Of a stretch of 64,000 bases of DNA, positions 29,345-41,122 are shown piece by piece (position 1 is the stretch's first letter; the number at the start of each line of letters is the position of its first letter). The notes beneath the pieces were generated by a model. It had not been told where the DNA came from. It worked only from the letters and a program-made list of their open reading frames with translations, and searched no databases. The stretch is from Eledone cirrhosa (Eukaryota): positions 27,466,001 through 27,530,000 of the forward strand of contig OZ024747.1 of NCBI GenBank assembly GCA_964016885.1, read 5' to 3'. Made by a program: the position numbers and the translations under genes.

Positions 29345-29860
29345 TTAAGAGCTTTGGAAGAGGGCTCCAACATTGATGTCATACACATTGATTTCAGAAA
29401 GGAAGGCCTTTGGCAGGGTTGATCATATCCTGTTGTAAAAGTTATCCAGCATCGGTGTCTCTGAAAAGTTACTTCAACTTGTAGTTGCAGGAGTATGATC
29501 AAGCTCTGATTGAACGAATCCACTTTGGAAAAAGAAGATGCACTGAAGTTATATTCTCTTCCCTCAAATCCTTGTGGCTTCCAACAACACCAGAGACCTT
29601 CGAGTATTTGATAACAAACTAAGCTTAGCTACTCATATAAACAACAAAGTTGACATGGCCAGCAGGATGTGTTCCTGGATTCTCAGAACTTTCTGGTGTA
29701 GAGATATCACTGTAATCCTTCTCTTCTCTACTTTTGCTTGGTCCCACCTGTTGTTTCTCTGGTCTCCTCACGCGAAACAAAGTAATATGAAAATTGAAGG
29801 ACTCCTTCCAGAAGTGCATGGAGACATGACAGAGAAGGATGGGAAAGTGTGTTGGACTTG
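29345..29860 (+). mobile_element. CR1-group LINE remnant
   Basis: Decayed IDVIHIDF and RDLRVFDNKLS..WILRTF..WSPH peptides. Confidence 0.55.
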
Positions 29861-31267
29861 AGGAGGAAAACTTATAGTTTATAGTTTGGATTTGAAATAT
29901 TATTTTTGCGACCCCAGTCCTGTTTCTTTTCTGACATACCTTGTATGTATATATATCTACATAACCTGGACATTATTTTCCCAATTTGTATATATATATA
30001 TCTACATAACCTGGACATTATTTTCCCAATTTGTAGAAAACTTATAATGAAACGATCGTTTGGAAAGAGAGATGTATTTAATTATGTCTCATATAAAATA
30101 ATACAACTGGCTATCCGCAAAATAAGTATAGTTAGCACCCCAAACGTATAATTGGGATTATACTAAGGTACATCTTAAGTGAGACGGAAGCCAGTCGGAG
30201 TATTGCTTAAAGCTTTCTCTGTTAATGTATTAAATATATATATATATATGTATATATCCTATCACACTAGGCATACACCCATGATGCCATATTTGTGATC
30301 TTCAGCAGGTTGTTTTAAAATTCCCAATTTTCCTCCATGCTACATCTCCCCATCTCTTCTTCCTTACTGACACAGGCCTCAAATATTTCTGATTTTGTTG
30401 CCAGTTGAAGGGTCTTTCAACATCCATGTACTTCTTCTAAGGTCACTGATAAGTAATTTGTGTTGGGAGGTTCATTCTTTCCAAGAGAAGGATTTGGCAC
30501 TTATTACCATTTGTCTATTCCATTTCCTGTTTAGGATGAAGTCAATTTGGCTTATATGCCCCCTGTAAGTAATCTGGTGGTTGGCTGGTACCTGAAGTAT
30601 GTGTTAGGGTTAGGTTGAGGGTCCTTTTTCAAACTTTACTTACCAACAGTTTATTAAATAATTATCTAATTAAATGATAATAAAACTTAAGTGGAATACG
30701 ACGAGTATATGTTTGTGTTTATTAGCAGCATAAGCTTTACAAAGTAGAAAAATATATTGAGAAATATGAGGAAATTACAAGCAATACAAAATAAGAAATA
30801 GTGAAAATATAGTCATTCATCAAATCATCATCATCATCATTTTACGTCCGCTCTTCCCTGCTTGCAAGGGTGGGACGGGTCTTATTCAATATATAATTTC
30901 CTATGATCAATAAATAAATCACTAATCATCTTCACCACATAGCATTTTTGTGGAAATATTTCCAAAGCCATAAAGAGGATCATATGGTGTTATGACCAGC
31001 CACATGATTTGTCATGGATGAATGCAGACTATATAGTGGAAAATGGTGGTTTATAAGTTTGACAGTTTATGAAACTGTAAAGTAAAAATTATTTTATTTG
31101 GAAAAATGGTGCACATAACTGGGAAAGCTAGCCAAGAATGCTAAATACCCAAGCAGCAGCACTGTATGTATATATATATATATATATGTATATAAATGTG
31201 TGTGTATGTATACATATCATCATCATCGTTTAACGTCCATCTTCCATGTTTGCATGGGTTTGGATGG

Positions 31268-31313
<46 letters not shown>

Positions 31314-33519
31314 ATACACACATACATACACACACGTATATATCAGTAGAATCAATGGAGTGTTAAACAAAACAAAAACCCTGTGGTATGTGGCAGCATA
31401 TCTTTACACAATATAATTAAGTCTAACTCTGTGGTGTGTGAAGTGGCTTGAATTCAGCCATGACAATCCATGAAGATTGCTTCCCTCAAACTAAGGAGCT
31501 TGACACATTGTCACATCAAACTTATGCAGACATTGGTCCCAACACTGAGAGTGATGAAGATGTTGAGCTCATCTATACTAAGTAGGCCACCAATGTTCAC
31601 CAGAATGATTGCCACTGACAGAAAATAAGTAACACCTTGAATATTGATCAAAGGAGTCAAAAATATGTTTCAGCTGTAGATTTTCACAAACTGAGTCAAT
31701 TTAAACCTGCTTTAGAAATGACAAACTCAGCTTTTTCCACTTTAGTAGAATATCCCCTGTTGGAGTTACTTCATGTGGGAATGGAGCAAGCCTGGATAGA
31801 AGGGAAGCAGATTAGAGACAAAGATAAGTATTTATGTAGGCCTAGACTCATAAATAGTTAGGATCCTGGAGAAAGTCTAATGTTAACCAGATTTTTCAAG
31901 TTCCTCAAAGATTAGACCATCAAAAAGTTGCAGGGTTACATTGCTGTTTTGAATAATTCTTTAAGCTTTGACAGTACAAAGAAAATGGGAAGCTTAAAAG
32001 CAACATCAGATATTGAGGCTCCAAGGGAACACCATACCGACGGATTGGGGTGGAATCATGATGAAGGGGAAGAATTTAGTGAATAAATCCATCAGAGACT
32101 TATTCTGGAAGTGGTTGGATTGTCCAGAGTTGATGTGAAGAGGCTCAATGGACTTATCCTTTACTCTTGGATGAGAGGTACTGAACTCTTATGTCAGTAA
32201 TTCTTTTGTTCCTTCACACATCCTAAATGCTATGGCCGAGGTGGGGCTGGTGGGGGTGTCATTGTATCCATAGTAAAACTGAATGAATTAACTTTGTTAA
32301 CATTGAAGATATTAAGGAGAACTGGTTTACTCAAAGTTTTTGTCAACGTAGACAACTTGTCTAACTGAAGTACTAGGTGATGCTTGTGAGAGTGCATGGC
32401 TATTTCTCCAGTGCCTTAGCTTCACTATCACCAGAAGGGAACACCAGCACTCTTTACTGTATAAAAGAACTGAATAATTTAAAGAATGTACTGTTTAATA
32501 AATAACTATCTTGGAAGGATATCCGAGATTGTAAATACTAGTTAATTGATGGAACTAACGTTGTCCAGCTGTGACTTGTTCATTTTCTGTTGTTTCATTA
32601 AGGAACAATAACATTTAACTGGTGAATGTTAATCCCATCAATTGATTTATATGGCATCAGTTTTATCAAACTACCTGATATTCCATTTGTATTTTCTGTA
32701 AAGTTGTAGGTGTTAGGAAGGGCGTCCAATTGTAGAAACCATGCCAAAAATGGAATGTAAGCGAGATGAGGTCCACAGCCTATCGGGAAGGACAGCAGCT
32801 CTATTTAAGAACTGATTTAGTCTGTAATAACCTGTCAAACCAATGCCAGCATGGAAAAATGGACATATGATGATGATGATGATGATGGTGATTAACTTTC
32901 TTGATTATGATCAAATTTAATCTTCACATTCAATAATGTATAGGAAGTACTTCTTTTTAACTTCATCTTCAAAATGAAAGTATTGGACAACTCATCTAAC
33001 CTATGCTAGCATGGAAAATGAACATTAAACAGTGACAATGATGATGAAATGACCTAGGTCAGTAACCTAAATCACTCGACCTCATAGTAATATCAAAATT
33101 AGGACTTTTTTTAGTCCATCAAACTCTATTATAGTTTTCCTAGCTGCAAAGATTTCAAATTTAGTTAGATTTCTTAATCTTGCCATAATTAATGCTTAGT
33201 TTAATAGTATAGGAGCAATAGAAGAACAATAATTATTAATTGTAAAAATTGAATTAATTTTTTTATCATTTAGTTACCCCATAATTCTAAAGCTATTTTT
33301 TGTTTAATTATGAGCATAATCCTATCTAATATTTTTTTTACTAATCTTTCTGATATTAGAGGTAGAAGGGCAATAAGTTGGATGGATGGCTTATTGTTAA
33401 AATCCACTTTGTGGTCTTTTAAGGAGACCCTAGGGGGCCTAAGAGGAATACAGTTCAGAGTATCTATCAAGGTCTAATTTCCTATGTTCTTACACTCATT
33501 GTTTATATCCTTCATGTTA

Positions 33520-33739
33520 TTAACCCTTTAGCATCTAAACCAGCCATATCTGGCCAGAATTCCCTCAGCTCTTTCTGTTCAAACTGACTGTAACTGGCCA
33601 CTCATACTGATGTTAAGGTATTTTTCTCAAAATAATATCAAAATCTCATAGATCGATATTATGAGATAATTATGAGATAAAGCCTTTACCATAAAAATAC
33701 AATAGTAAATATAGAGTAATGTAAATGCTAAATGGTTAA
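33520..33739 (+). mobile_element. piggyBac-like MITE
   Basis: TTAA|CCCTTTAGCAT ... ATGCTAAATGG|TTAA terminal inverted repeats with a TTAA target site. Confidence 0.75.
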
Positions 33740-34611
33740 TAGAGGTTTTTTTTTCAATAATTTTTGTACAATTCTTTATAAATAGTAGATTTCTAAGTTT
33801 GAAAGTCTAAGCTATACCTATTTTTAGTTTTATCTGCTAATACTCATATATTTTTATGTCTTGAATTTAATTACATTAAGTTCTGATCTTACCAGATGTA
33901 TTTTAATTCTGGATTTGTTTGACTTGCATAATTTGGCTTCCTCTTACCTTGATATATATAACTTAAGTGGATACCACCATTTATAAAAATTCATTTTTGT
34001 GCATATATATATATATATATATATCAGGGGAGGGAGAAGCATTTCTGATTGAGGGGGGGGGGGGGGGGTGCAGATTTGGTCAATTTAGTTGTAGTGATTA
34101 GTTTAGCTGTTATTATCAAATATCAACCAAGATATTAAAAAATTTGATATGCAATAAACATAACATGTACATAAAATGTAGCACATATACAAATAGAAGT
34201 GTGTTTCGGTAGTTTGGGGAGAAAAACATAATTAATCTGGCGAATCTCACTAGCCATTTTCGTTTACTTCATTTGTGATCTATTTTCAAGAATACCCAAA
34301 GTATTTACAATCACCATTATATCTCTGACATCCTTCCATACTCCAGACTTATTGATAGTTTAATTGAAGGTACCAGGCTTCTCTTCACCAGTGCAAATAA
34401 CCACCAGTTTCCTAAGATTCTACTGTATCACACACCCATTCTTTTACTAGTTTCAGTCATTTCACCTTAGCAGAAACACTGCTACATATACATATATATT
34501 AATATACAAGCAAGCATGAGAAAGATAGACATAAACAAACAAATCAGAGAGAGTGTGTGTGTGTATCTTGTGTACAAGCCACAATCCTTTTATCTGTTCA
34601 GTTGCTTTCGA

Positions 34612-35853
34612 CTATTTGGCTGGACGTTTTCTCTTCCGTACTGGGGCACCACCGATCTTTTTAGCTGCTAATCGTTTCTTTTTAACTGGCTGCATATTCG
34701 TCGATTCAATAACAGAACTTGAGCATTTTCTCTTCCTTGATGACAGTCCTTTGATCTCGTTATCTGGTAATAGTGTAGGTTTCTTTTGAACTGATTTGGT
34801 TTTATCCAGTTTTTTAGCTGGTCTTGCATATTTTCTATCCCGTGAAGACGGTTTTTCGATCTTTGTACATGTGTTACCACTATGAGGAAATAGTAATGTT
34901 TTTTTACCTTGCCTTTTTAAGACATTGCGGAAAATATGTCGTAATTTTTCATAGTTGGGTTGTTCATCGTATTCTAGCTTCTCAATAGATTTGAAGTAAG
35001 TTCTTAGACTTTCAACTGGAATTTTAGAAATGTTCTGTAACAACACTTCTTTTTCGTGTTTCACTTGTTCTTTATTTTGTGTATATTTCTTCCAAGGCAA
35101 ACTACCTGTAAGCCATTCATACATGCAGAATCCCAGAATTTGTAAGTCTCCTCTTCGAGATGGATCAGCACCATTATGAGCATCTAAACTGGTATATAAC
35201 AACGTTCCATTGTGAGCATTCTTTTTCTCTAGTTTATACAGCTTGTGTTCGTTATTCAGAAAGAACTTTGACGCCAGACCATAATCTATCAGATATACCT
35301 TATCTACTTTATTACTGTCTGAAGCAAATAAAATATTACCGGCTTTCAGGTCGGCGTGGACAAACCCATGATGATGGATAAACTCTAAAGCATCTATCAT
35401 TTGTATCGCAATATTAGAAACTGTAGGTTCATCTAGATGAGATCCATTGTATTCAAAAACTTTTTCCAAATCGACTCCTAATTTTGATATGATTATGAAA
35501 CGATATTTAACACCTTTGTATTCATGTATTCCATTTGATATGAACTCCGGTATAGCAAGATGAGTCAAATGTTTACCTTTCATGTATTTTTCTATAATAT
35601 TTGGTCGAGCAATCACCTGTAAGGCATGGAATTCGTTAAAAAGTGGACCGTTACCAACAGGTTCGACTTTAGCAACATATTCTTCGTCGGGTGAACTACC
35701 AACTTCTTTGGCTGTGTAAATTAAACCAAAGCCACCGGCACCTATCTTTTTTATAAGTGAATACTCTTTCTTTTTATCTGCAGACTTCAAGATCTCTCCT
35801 ACAGGAAATACCTCCGCATGTTTATATCCTTTCGCCGCACGAACCTGCTTCAT
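34612..35853 (-). CDS. VRK1: Vaccinia-related kinase (VRK1-like, CK1 group Ser/Thr kinase), single-exon ORF of 413 aa
   Basis: IGAGGFGLIY glycine loop, VAKVEP.GNGPLFNE, VHADLKAGNIL catalytic loop, VRK-type DYG, HNGT..YTSLDAH.G..PSRRGDLQILG and WL.G.LPW. Basic NLS-like C-terminal tail; no stops. The gene symbol reflects family membership, not proven orthology. Confidence 0.92.
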   Translation of the reverse strand: MKQVRAAKGYKHAEVFPVGEILKSADKKKEYSLIKKIGAGGFGLIYTAKEVGSSPDEEYVAKVEPVGNGPLFNEFHALQVIARPNIIEKYMKGKHLTHLAIPEFISNGIHEYKGVKYRFIIISKLGVDLEKVFEYNGSHLDEPTVSNIAIQMIDALEFIHHHGFVHADLKAGNILFASDSNKVDKVYLIDYGLASKFFLNNEHKLYKLEKKNAHNGTLLYTSLDAHNGADPSRRGDLQILGFCMYEWLTGSLPWKKYTQNKEQVKHEKEVLLQNISKIPVESLRTYFKSIEKLEYDEQPNYEKLRHIFRNVLKRQGKKTLLFPHSGNTCTKIEKPSSRDRKYARPAKKLDKTKSVQKKPTLLPDNEIKGLSSRKRKCSSSVIESTNMQPVKKKRLAAKKIGGAPVRKRKRPAK

Positions 35854-36143
35854 TCTTGACTTCCTTGTTGCTTAGTATCCAATAATTACTGCCGGTGTCA
35901 CGGTCATATTTGTCCTCCAGAAATTATCTTCCGGAATTTAAAAAAATTTGAAATAATAATTATGTAGTCAGCCTTCGTTAATTGTCGTTTACGATGGAAA
36001 TGTGGTGTTGTTAAGGGCCCTGCCAATTCAACATCCAGTTTCGATTTTTACTATGTTCGTGTTAGTGGTGGTGTTAGAGTCTTTGATATGTGCATTGCGG
36101 TAGTGGTGATTGGGATCTGTGAACTCAATGTAGGTAACGCTAT

Positions 36144-36306
36144 TAGCTGTCAGTCGAAAGCAGCCGATGAAAGCAAAACATCGTTTATTTCCGTATTACT
36201 ACCACGCGTAAGTGGAGTTACTTGGTGGTAGTAATACGGAAGTAAACGATGACGAATGACGTCACCTTCACCTGCTTCCATCGGCTGCTTTCACGACTGA
36301 CAGCTA
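36144..36306. other. Long imperfect inverted repeat (hairpin) upstream of the VRK ORF
   Basis: Outer arms 36144-36175 / 36273-36306 and inner arms 36179-36205 / 36225-36251. Confidence 0.9.
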
Positions 36307-36454
36307 TATATCACGTGAACACAATCGCGTGACGAATCACATTCTTTCAAAAGGAAAAGTTTGGCGCCATTTTTCTCCATGGAATAGCGCAAATGTCAAC
36401 AAACGCAGGAGAAAAGAAGAAACAGTAAAAGCAAAAGATAAGAAAATGGTAAGT
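36257..36454 (+). promoter_or_regulatory. CpG-containing, probably bidirectional promoter with a plus-strand first exon
   Basis: CRE TGACGTCA (36257), E-box TCACGTGA (36311), YY1-type GGCGCCATTTT (36363) and donor ATG|GTAAGT (36446-36454). Confidence 0.55.
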
Positions 36455-36554
36455 AATATCAAATAATTATTAAAAACGTTACAGGAGTCGCATTACACGA
36501 ATAATTAAGTTTCATACATACATATATATATGTGTGTATGTATGTATATATATG

Positions 36555-36640
36555 TATTTTATCTGATGAAAGCGGTGTCCCTTGAAATATGTATAAAATA
36601 AATATGGTTTTATAAATATAGTTTCCATTTATTAATATAT
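36555..36640 (+). mobile_element. Penelope-like pLTR fragment with a degenerate hammerhead (same family as 18146)
   Basis: TATTTTATCTGATGA..CCCTTGAAATAT..ATAAAATAAATATGGTTTTATAAATATAGTTTCC matches 18146-18245 with stem II shortened. Confidence 0.65.
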
Positions 36641-36648
36641 TGTATATA

Positions 36649-36684
<36 letters not shown>

Positions 36685-36975
36685 TGTATGTATGTATGTA
36701 TGTATGTATGTATGTGTATGTATGTATGTATGTATGTATATATGTATGTATGTAAAAAAAAAATTATCAGCAATTAAATGTATTAAACTAAGATTTTATT
36801 GTTTTATATTTTGTATCTCGGCTCTGTAATACATTTGAAAATTTACATTGAGCCTTTTCTCCTACCGGTAACTGGCTAGTACTTAGTACTACCGTCCATA
36901 TTTATAATCATATATAAGTATAAATATTATTATTATTACTATGTATGTATATATATATGTATGTATGTATCATAA

Positions 36976-38264
36976 TCTATAAAGCTCAGTGTATGGTCAT
37001 GCTTCTTTGTTATAGAAATCTACGATATAGAATTTCTTCAATTGAAATTTACAATTCAGTATTCGAAATAGCTTCGATTGGGTCTTGGCATATATAATGT
37101 TTTCAATTTCACCCACAATTACGCAAAAAATCGATAAAACTCAATATTTTACGATTTACCTCTCTCATTTCAAGTGCTAAACTCTTTCCATTATCCTTCA
37201 AAATCTATACAACTTCATACTTTCTGCTACTTCCTCTTTCCAAGCTGAAACAACTATTCTTTTCATTTTACATTGTTCATGTTGATGGTGATACTGTCCG
37301 TTTTACTCTCTCACTCATACACTTTACAGACTAAACAACAAAAACATTAGCCACATTAACGTACAATTTCGTTTATTCTAAATGTGAGTCTTCAAACTGA
37401 TTTATTTATTTGCAAACACATACAAACACATACTCACATCAAATGAATAATTAAACTTTAAATCAATTTAACCACGTGCCGGATTTCTAACCACACATAC
37501 ACACTTCATTAACAAATAAAAATTCTAATTTGCGACAATTATTTTCTTTCAATCGTAAAATCAAACGACATAATTATTTTCATTTTCACATCATGTGAGT
37601 TAACAAATAATTTTTTTAAACACTATTCGCAGACTTCCTTAAACAACAAGATCAATTGCGTAGCCGGTATTCATTATGTAGCCGGTAAAGCTATGTAGCA
37701 GGTAAAAGGCTATGTAGTCAGTACGATGTTATATAGCATGAAAAGTTTATATAACCGGTAAATGTTATGTCGCCGTTAGCATGTGTGTGTGTGTATTACC
37801 GTCAATACACACGTGTGTGTGTGCGTGTTTCAATGTAGTTTTCGTTAACAATGACGAGAGTACAATTGCGCCAGAAACAATTCAATTTCTCATTCTTAAC
37901 TGCTAGGGACGTTCACAGGTTCATTAAGTACTTTCAGTAAGGAATAAAAAAATTAGGGATTGAACCCAAAACCACGACATAAACAGGCACCAACAAACGT
38001 TTTCTTTGTCCTGTCAAAAAGTGATTGATCCTATCTCTTTCACCTACGACCTCAGTTAGGTCAGGCGAAAGTCAAATAGACAGGGGATCACCTATGTAGG
38101 TACAAACCTTGCTGCGGTATGTCTATTTTTCTAGCTGCAACCAGATTATATATACCGTAGTTAACAGAGACCATGACACACCAGGCCTGCAAACCAAACG
38201 AGATGGAATATTCATTATAATACATCAGTTCCTCAGCCCCGAGCAACGCCGGGCACTTCTGCTA

Positions 38265-38265
<1 letters not shown>
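36976..38265 (+). mobile_element. Non-autonomous Helitron-like element
   Basis: 3' hairpin CCCGAGCAACGCCGGG (38238-38253) followed by CTAG|T. The candidate 5' A|TC at 36976 is less certain. Confidence 0.55.
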
Positions 38266-38355
<90 letters not shown>

Positions 38356-38779
38356 ATAATAAAGAAGAAAGACGGTATCACTTGTCATCCCTATTTATTT
38401 TATTATACTTATTTCGAAGACATATGTCATTTGTATAATATCTGCCCTATGTGTTTTCTTCCGACAAAAATCCCTGCAAGATGTAAATATCCGTTGATAT
38501 AAGATATTCGTTGATATCCGTTGATATGAGAACACGTAGGGCAGATGTTATACAAATGAAATACGCATAATAAAATATATAGGGATGGCAAATGATACCG
38601 TATTTCTTGTTTATTATTATAACCCGCCGAGGTTAACTTTTCCTTTCATCCTTATGGGGTCGATAAAATAAAGTACCAGTAATACACTGGGTTATTGCTG
38701 GCCTTGTGCCAAAGTAGAAACAATTATTATAATAAAACTCCGGATAAACATAAACTGTTGAGTGTTTGTCATCTCTTAT

Positions 38780-39240
38780 GAAAGAGTCGGCAGATTTTCA
38801 ATCAACCAACTTTCCAGTACAAGCTGTCTCATGGTCGGGTCGTTGGCGACTAAACTGGCAACCCTACCAAGGTTTCTTTGTGAGGAGGGTGACTTTGGAT
38901 ATCCTGCAGAACTAAAAACAAAACCTGTCAAAGGGCAAAGGAGCTCTTAAGAGTCAATGGCCATCCAAAATCACCGGGAGAGATGACCCCTTAGCCTTTG
39001 TCAAGGCAGAATTCTAGGAGAAGGAAAACTCTGATATAACACCTGCAACCCTGATGGTATCCAATGATGTTGACTTGTTCTTCTTTTTGGTAAATATCAT
39101 CTTGGCTAAGAGAGTGGGACTGGCTTTGTGCAGTGCCTTTGCTCACTATAAAAGCTTCACGGCACAGGCATTGCTTTATATCTGAAGATCTCTCTGCACT
39201 TGTCATTACATGGTACCATGGGCCCAGCACTATGTATCAA
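38780..39240 (+). mobile_element. Interspersed repeat, probably the 5' region of an RTE
   Basis: ~38830-38970 is homologous (inverted) to ~63714-63855, which abuts RTE coding sequence. Confidence 0.5.
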
Positions 39241-40189
39241 TAATTGTCACAAGTGTAGTGTTTGTACCAGAGTTTTCAAGTCGCTGGCTGGACTAAAAAG
39301 TCACACTCGTTCAGCGCATCGGTAGGGGTTCTCCTACATGGATATAAAGTAGTGGCCGTACTCGAAAACGAGCATATGGCAGCCACCATATTTTCTTTAA
39401 TATTGCAACATTAAAGGAATATATCCTTCTGAAAGAATCGCGAGCAATTTATAATGTTATTTAAGCATTGGTAATGTTATTTGTGTATATATTTAAAACA
39501 TATTTGCTATGTTATTCTACTGTAAATTTATTTATATGCTTTGTATATATTATATATACTCAAATAATGAATCTGTATATTAAAACATCGTTTGTATTAT
39601 TCAATCAGTTTATTGAACAACTAGAATGCTCATCGTCAAGTACTTTATACATATATATGTGTGTGTGTGTGTATGAATGTATGAATCTATATATATGTAT
39701 ATATATGTATGTATATTTATATATATGTGTGTGTGTATGTATATATGTGTGTATGTATATATATGTGTGTGTATGCATATGTGTGTGTATGCATATGTGT
39801 GTGTGTATGTATATATATATATGTGTGTGTTTATGCATATATGTGTGTGTGTGTATGTATATATATGTGTGTATGTATATATATATGTATATATATATAT
39901 GAAGATAAATTAACGGAGCCATAGAGTCGCGTTAGTCCCTGTAAATTATGTGCTCAAAGGGAAAGGAATCCTATACATATTGTATATGTATATATATATA
40001 TATGCATGTATATATATGTATATGTGTATATATATGCATGTATATGTGTATTTGTATATATGTATATGTGTGTATGTATGTATATATATGAATGTATATA
40101 TATATATATATGTATGTGTATATATGTAATCTGAATTTTATAGATGTAATCTGAATAGTATGGTAGAATATTAAGTGTTAAATGTTAAT

Positions 40190-40228
40190 TGAACAAGTAC
40201 TTTCATGCTTTCGCAATCTTCAGGTTCA
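40190..40228 (-). ncRNA. Minimal type I hammerhead ribozyme, intact core
   Basis: Minus strand reads TGAAC-CTGAAGA-TTGCGAAAGCAT-GAAA-GTAC-TT-GTTCA, with a GNRA-capped stem II and palindromic stem III AGUACU. Confidence 0.85.
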
Positions 40229-40609
40229 TATTCTGTGGTGACAGTCAAGTTTGCAATTTTCAACTGTAATGAGATGGGAATACTTTTCAAAATTCCAACC
40301 CAAGCTAAATGAACAATAATAATTCTTAGGGGTATAAAAACCCTAGAAAACGCTATTTTCATCATTTCTAAAAATAGCAAAACAATTGATTCTTTGAATA
40401 GGGCCAAATAGAAGTCGTTAGACATGCCCAACAAACCATGACGCCTAAACCAATCAGCTTCAGTAATCCAGTGAAACTACACACCAATTGGTCGAAATAC
40501 AGTTTGCAAAATTTAGCATTCTGTAGCCGCTTTTCACTGTATATAAGGCACAAAATTTACCCATCTCATTACAGTTGAAAATTGTAAACTTGATTGTCAC
40601 CACAGAATA

Positions 40610-40648
40610 TGAACCTGAAGATTGCGAAAGCATGAAATTACTTGTTCA
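40610..40648 (+). ncRNA. Minimal type I hammerhead ribozyme with one stem III substitution
   Basis: TGAAC-CTGAAGA-TTGCGAAAGCAT-GAAA-TTAC-TT-GTTCA. Confidence 0.75.
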
Positions 40649-40799
40649 ATTAATACTTAACACTTAATATTCTACCATACTATTTCATTCTAATACCATT
40701 ATAATTTTAAAGGATTGTAAATAAAACGAGTAAATCAGACAAAGTTGGAATTCTTTTTATTAATATAATCTTCTATACACAATCATACACACCCGTGTA

Positions 40800-40934
<135 letters not shown>

Positions 40935-41122
40935 CTTTTAAGCTATTTTGTAGTAACTCTGTTCAGGAACACACCACTTATATTAAATTTATCTCCCTGG
41001 AGCTTTGTAAAAGTCTGATAGATTGGCTACATATATGTTTTATATATTTTTTTTGTTTAGATGGAAGACAAAACAAAGAAGATGAATACAAACATGAAGA
41101 AGAGAAAGATAAAGATGAAGAA

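Larger units (their letters stand above)
40154..40770 (+). mobile_element. 5'-truncated Penelope-like element with inverted pLTR
   Basis: Inverted arms 40154-40278 / 40560-40684 each carry a hammerhead. The spacer begins with YFSKFQPKLNEQ*, resembling the GIY-YIG C-terminal P.LN motif. Confidence 0.75.

Noticed and set aside
29948-30035. Exact ~42-bp tandem duplication
   Set aside because: Ordinary slippage next to a TA microsatellite.
31400-32530. Possible old LINE endonuclease remnant on the minus strand
   Set aside because: No recognisable intact motif, so it cannot be supported without an alignment.
36156-36168. 13-nt match GAAAGCAGCCGAT shared with 58308 and 58682
   Set aside because: Too short, with no flanking similarity; treated as chance.
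39595-39645. Minus-strand TTGACGA-TGAGCA..TGTTCA-ATAAA hammerhead-like string
   Set aside because: Both core boxes are mutated, so it is too degenerate to call.
39468-39924. ORFs rich in Y/I/C/V/H/T (also at 36459, 38109, 61715-62166 and 63017-63346)
   Set aside because: These are translations of (TA)n/(TG)n microsatellites.
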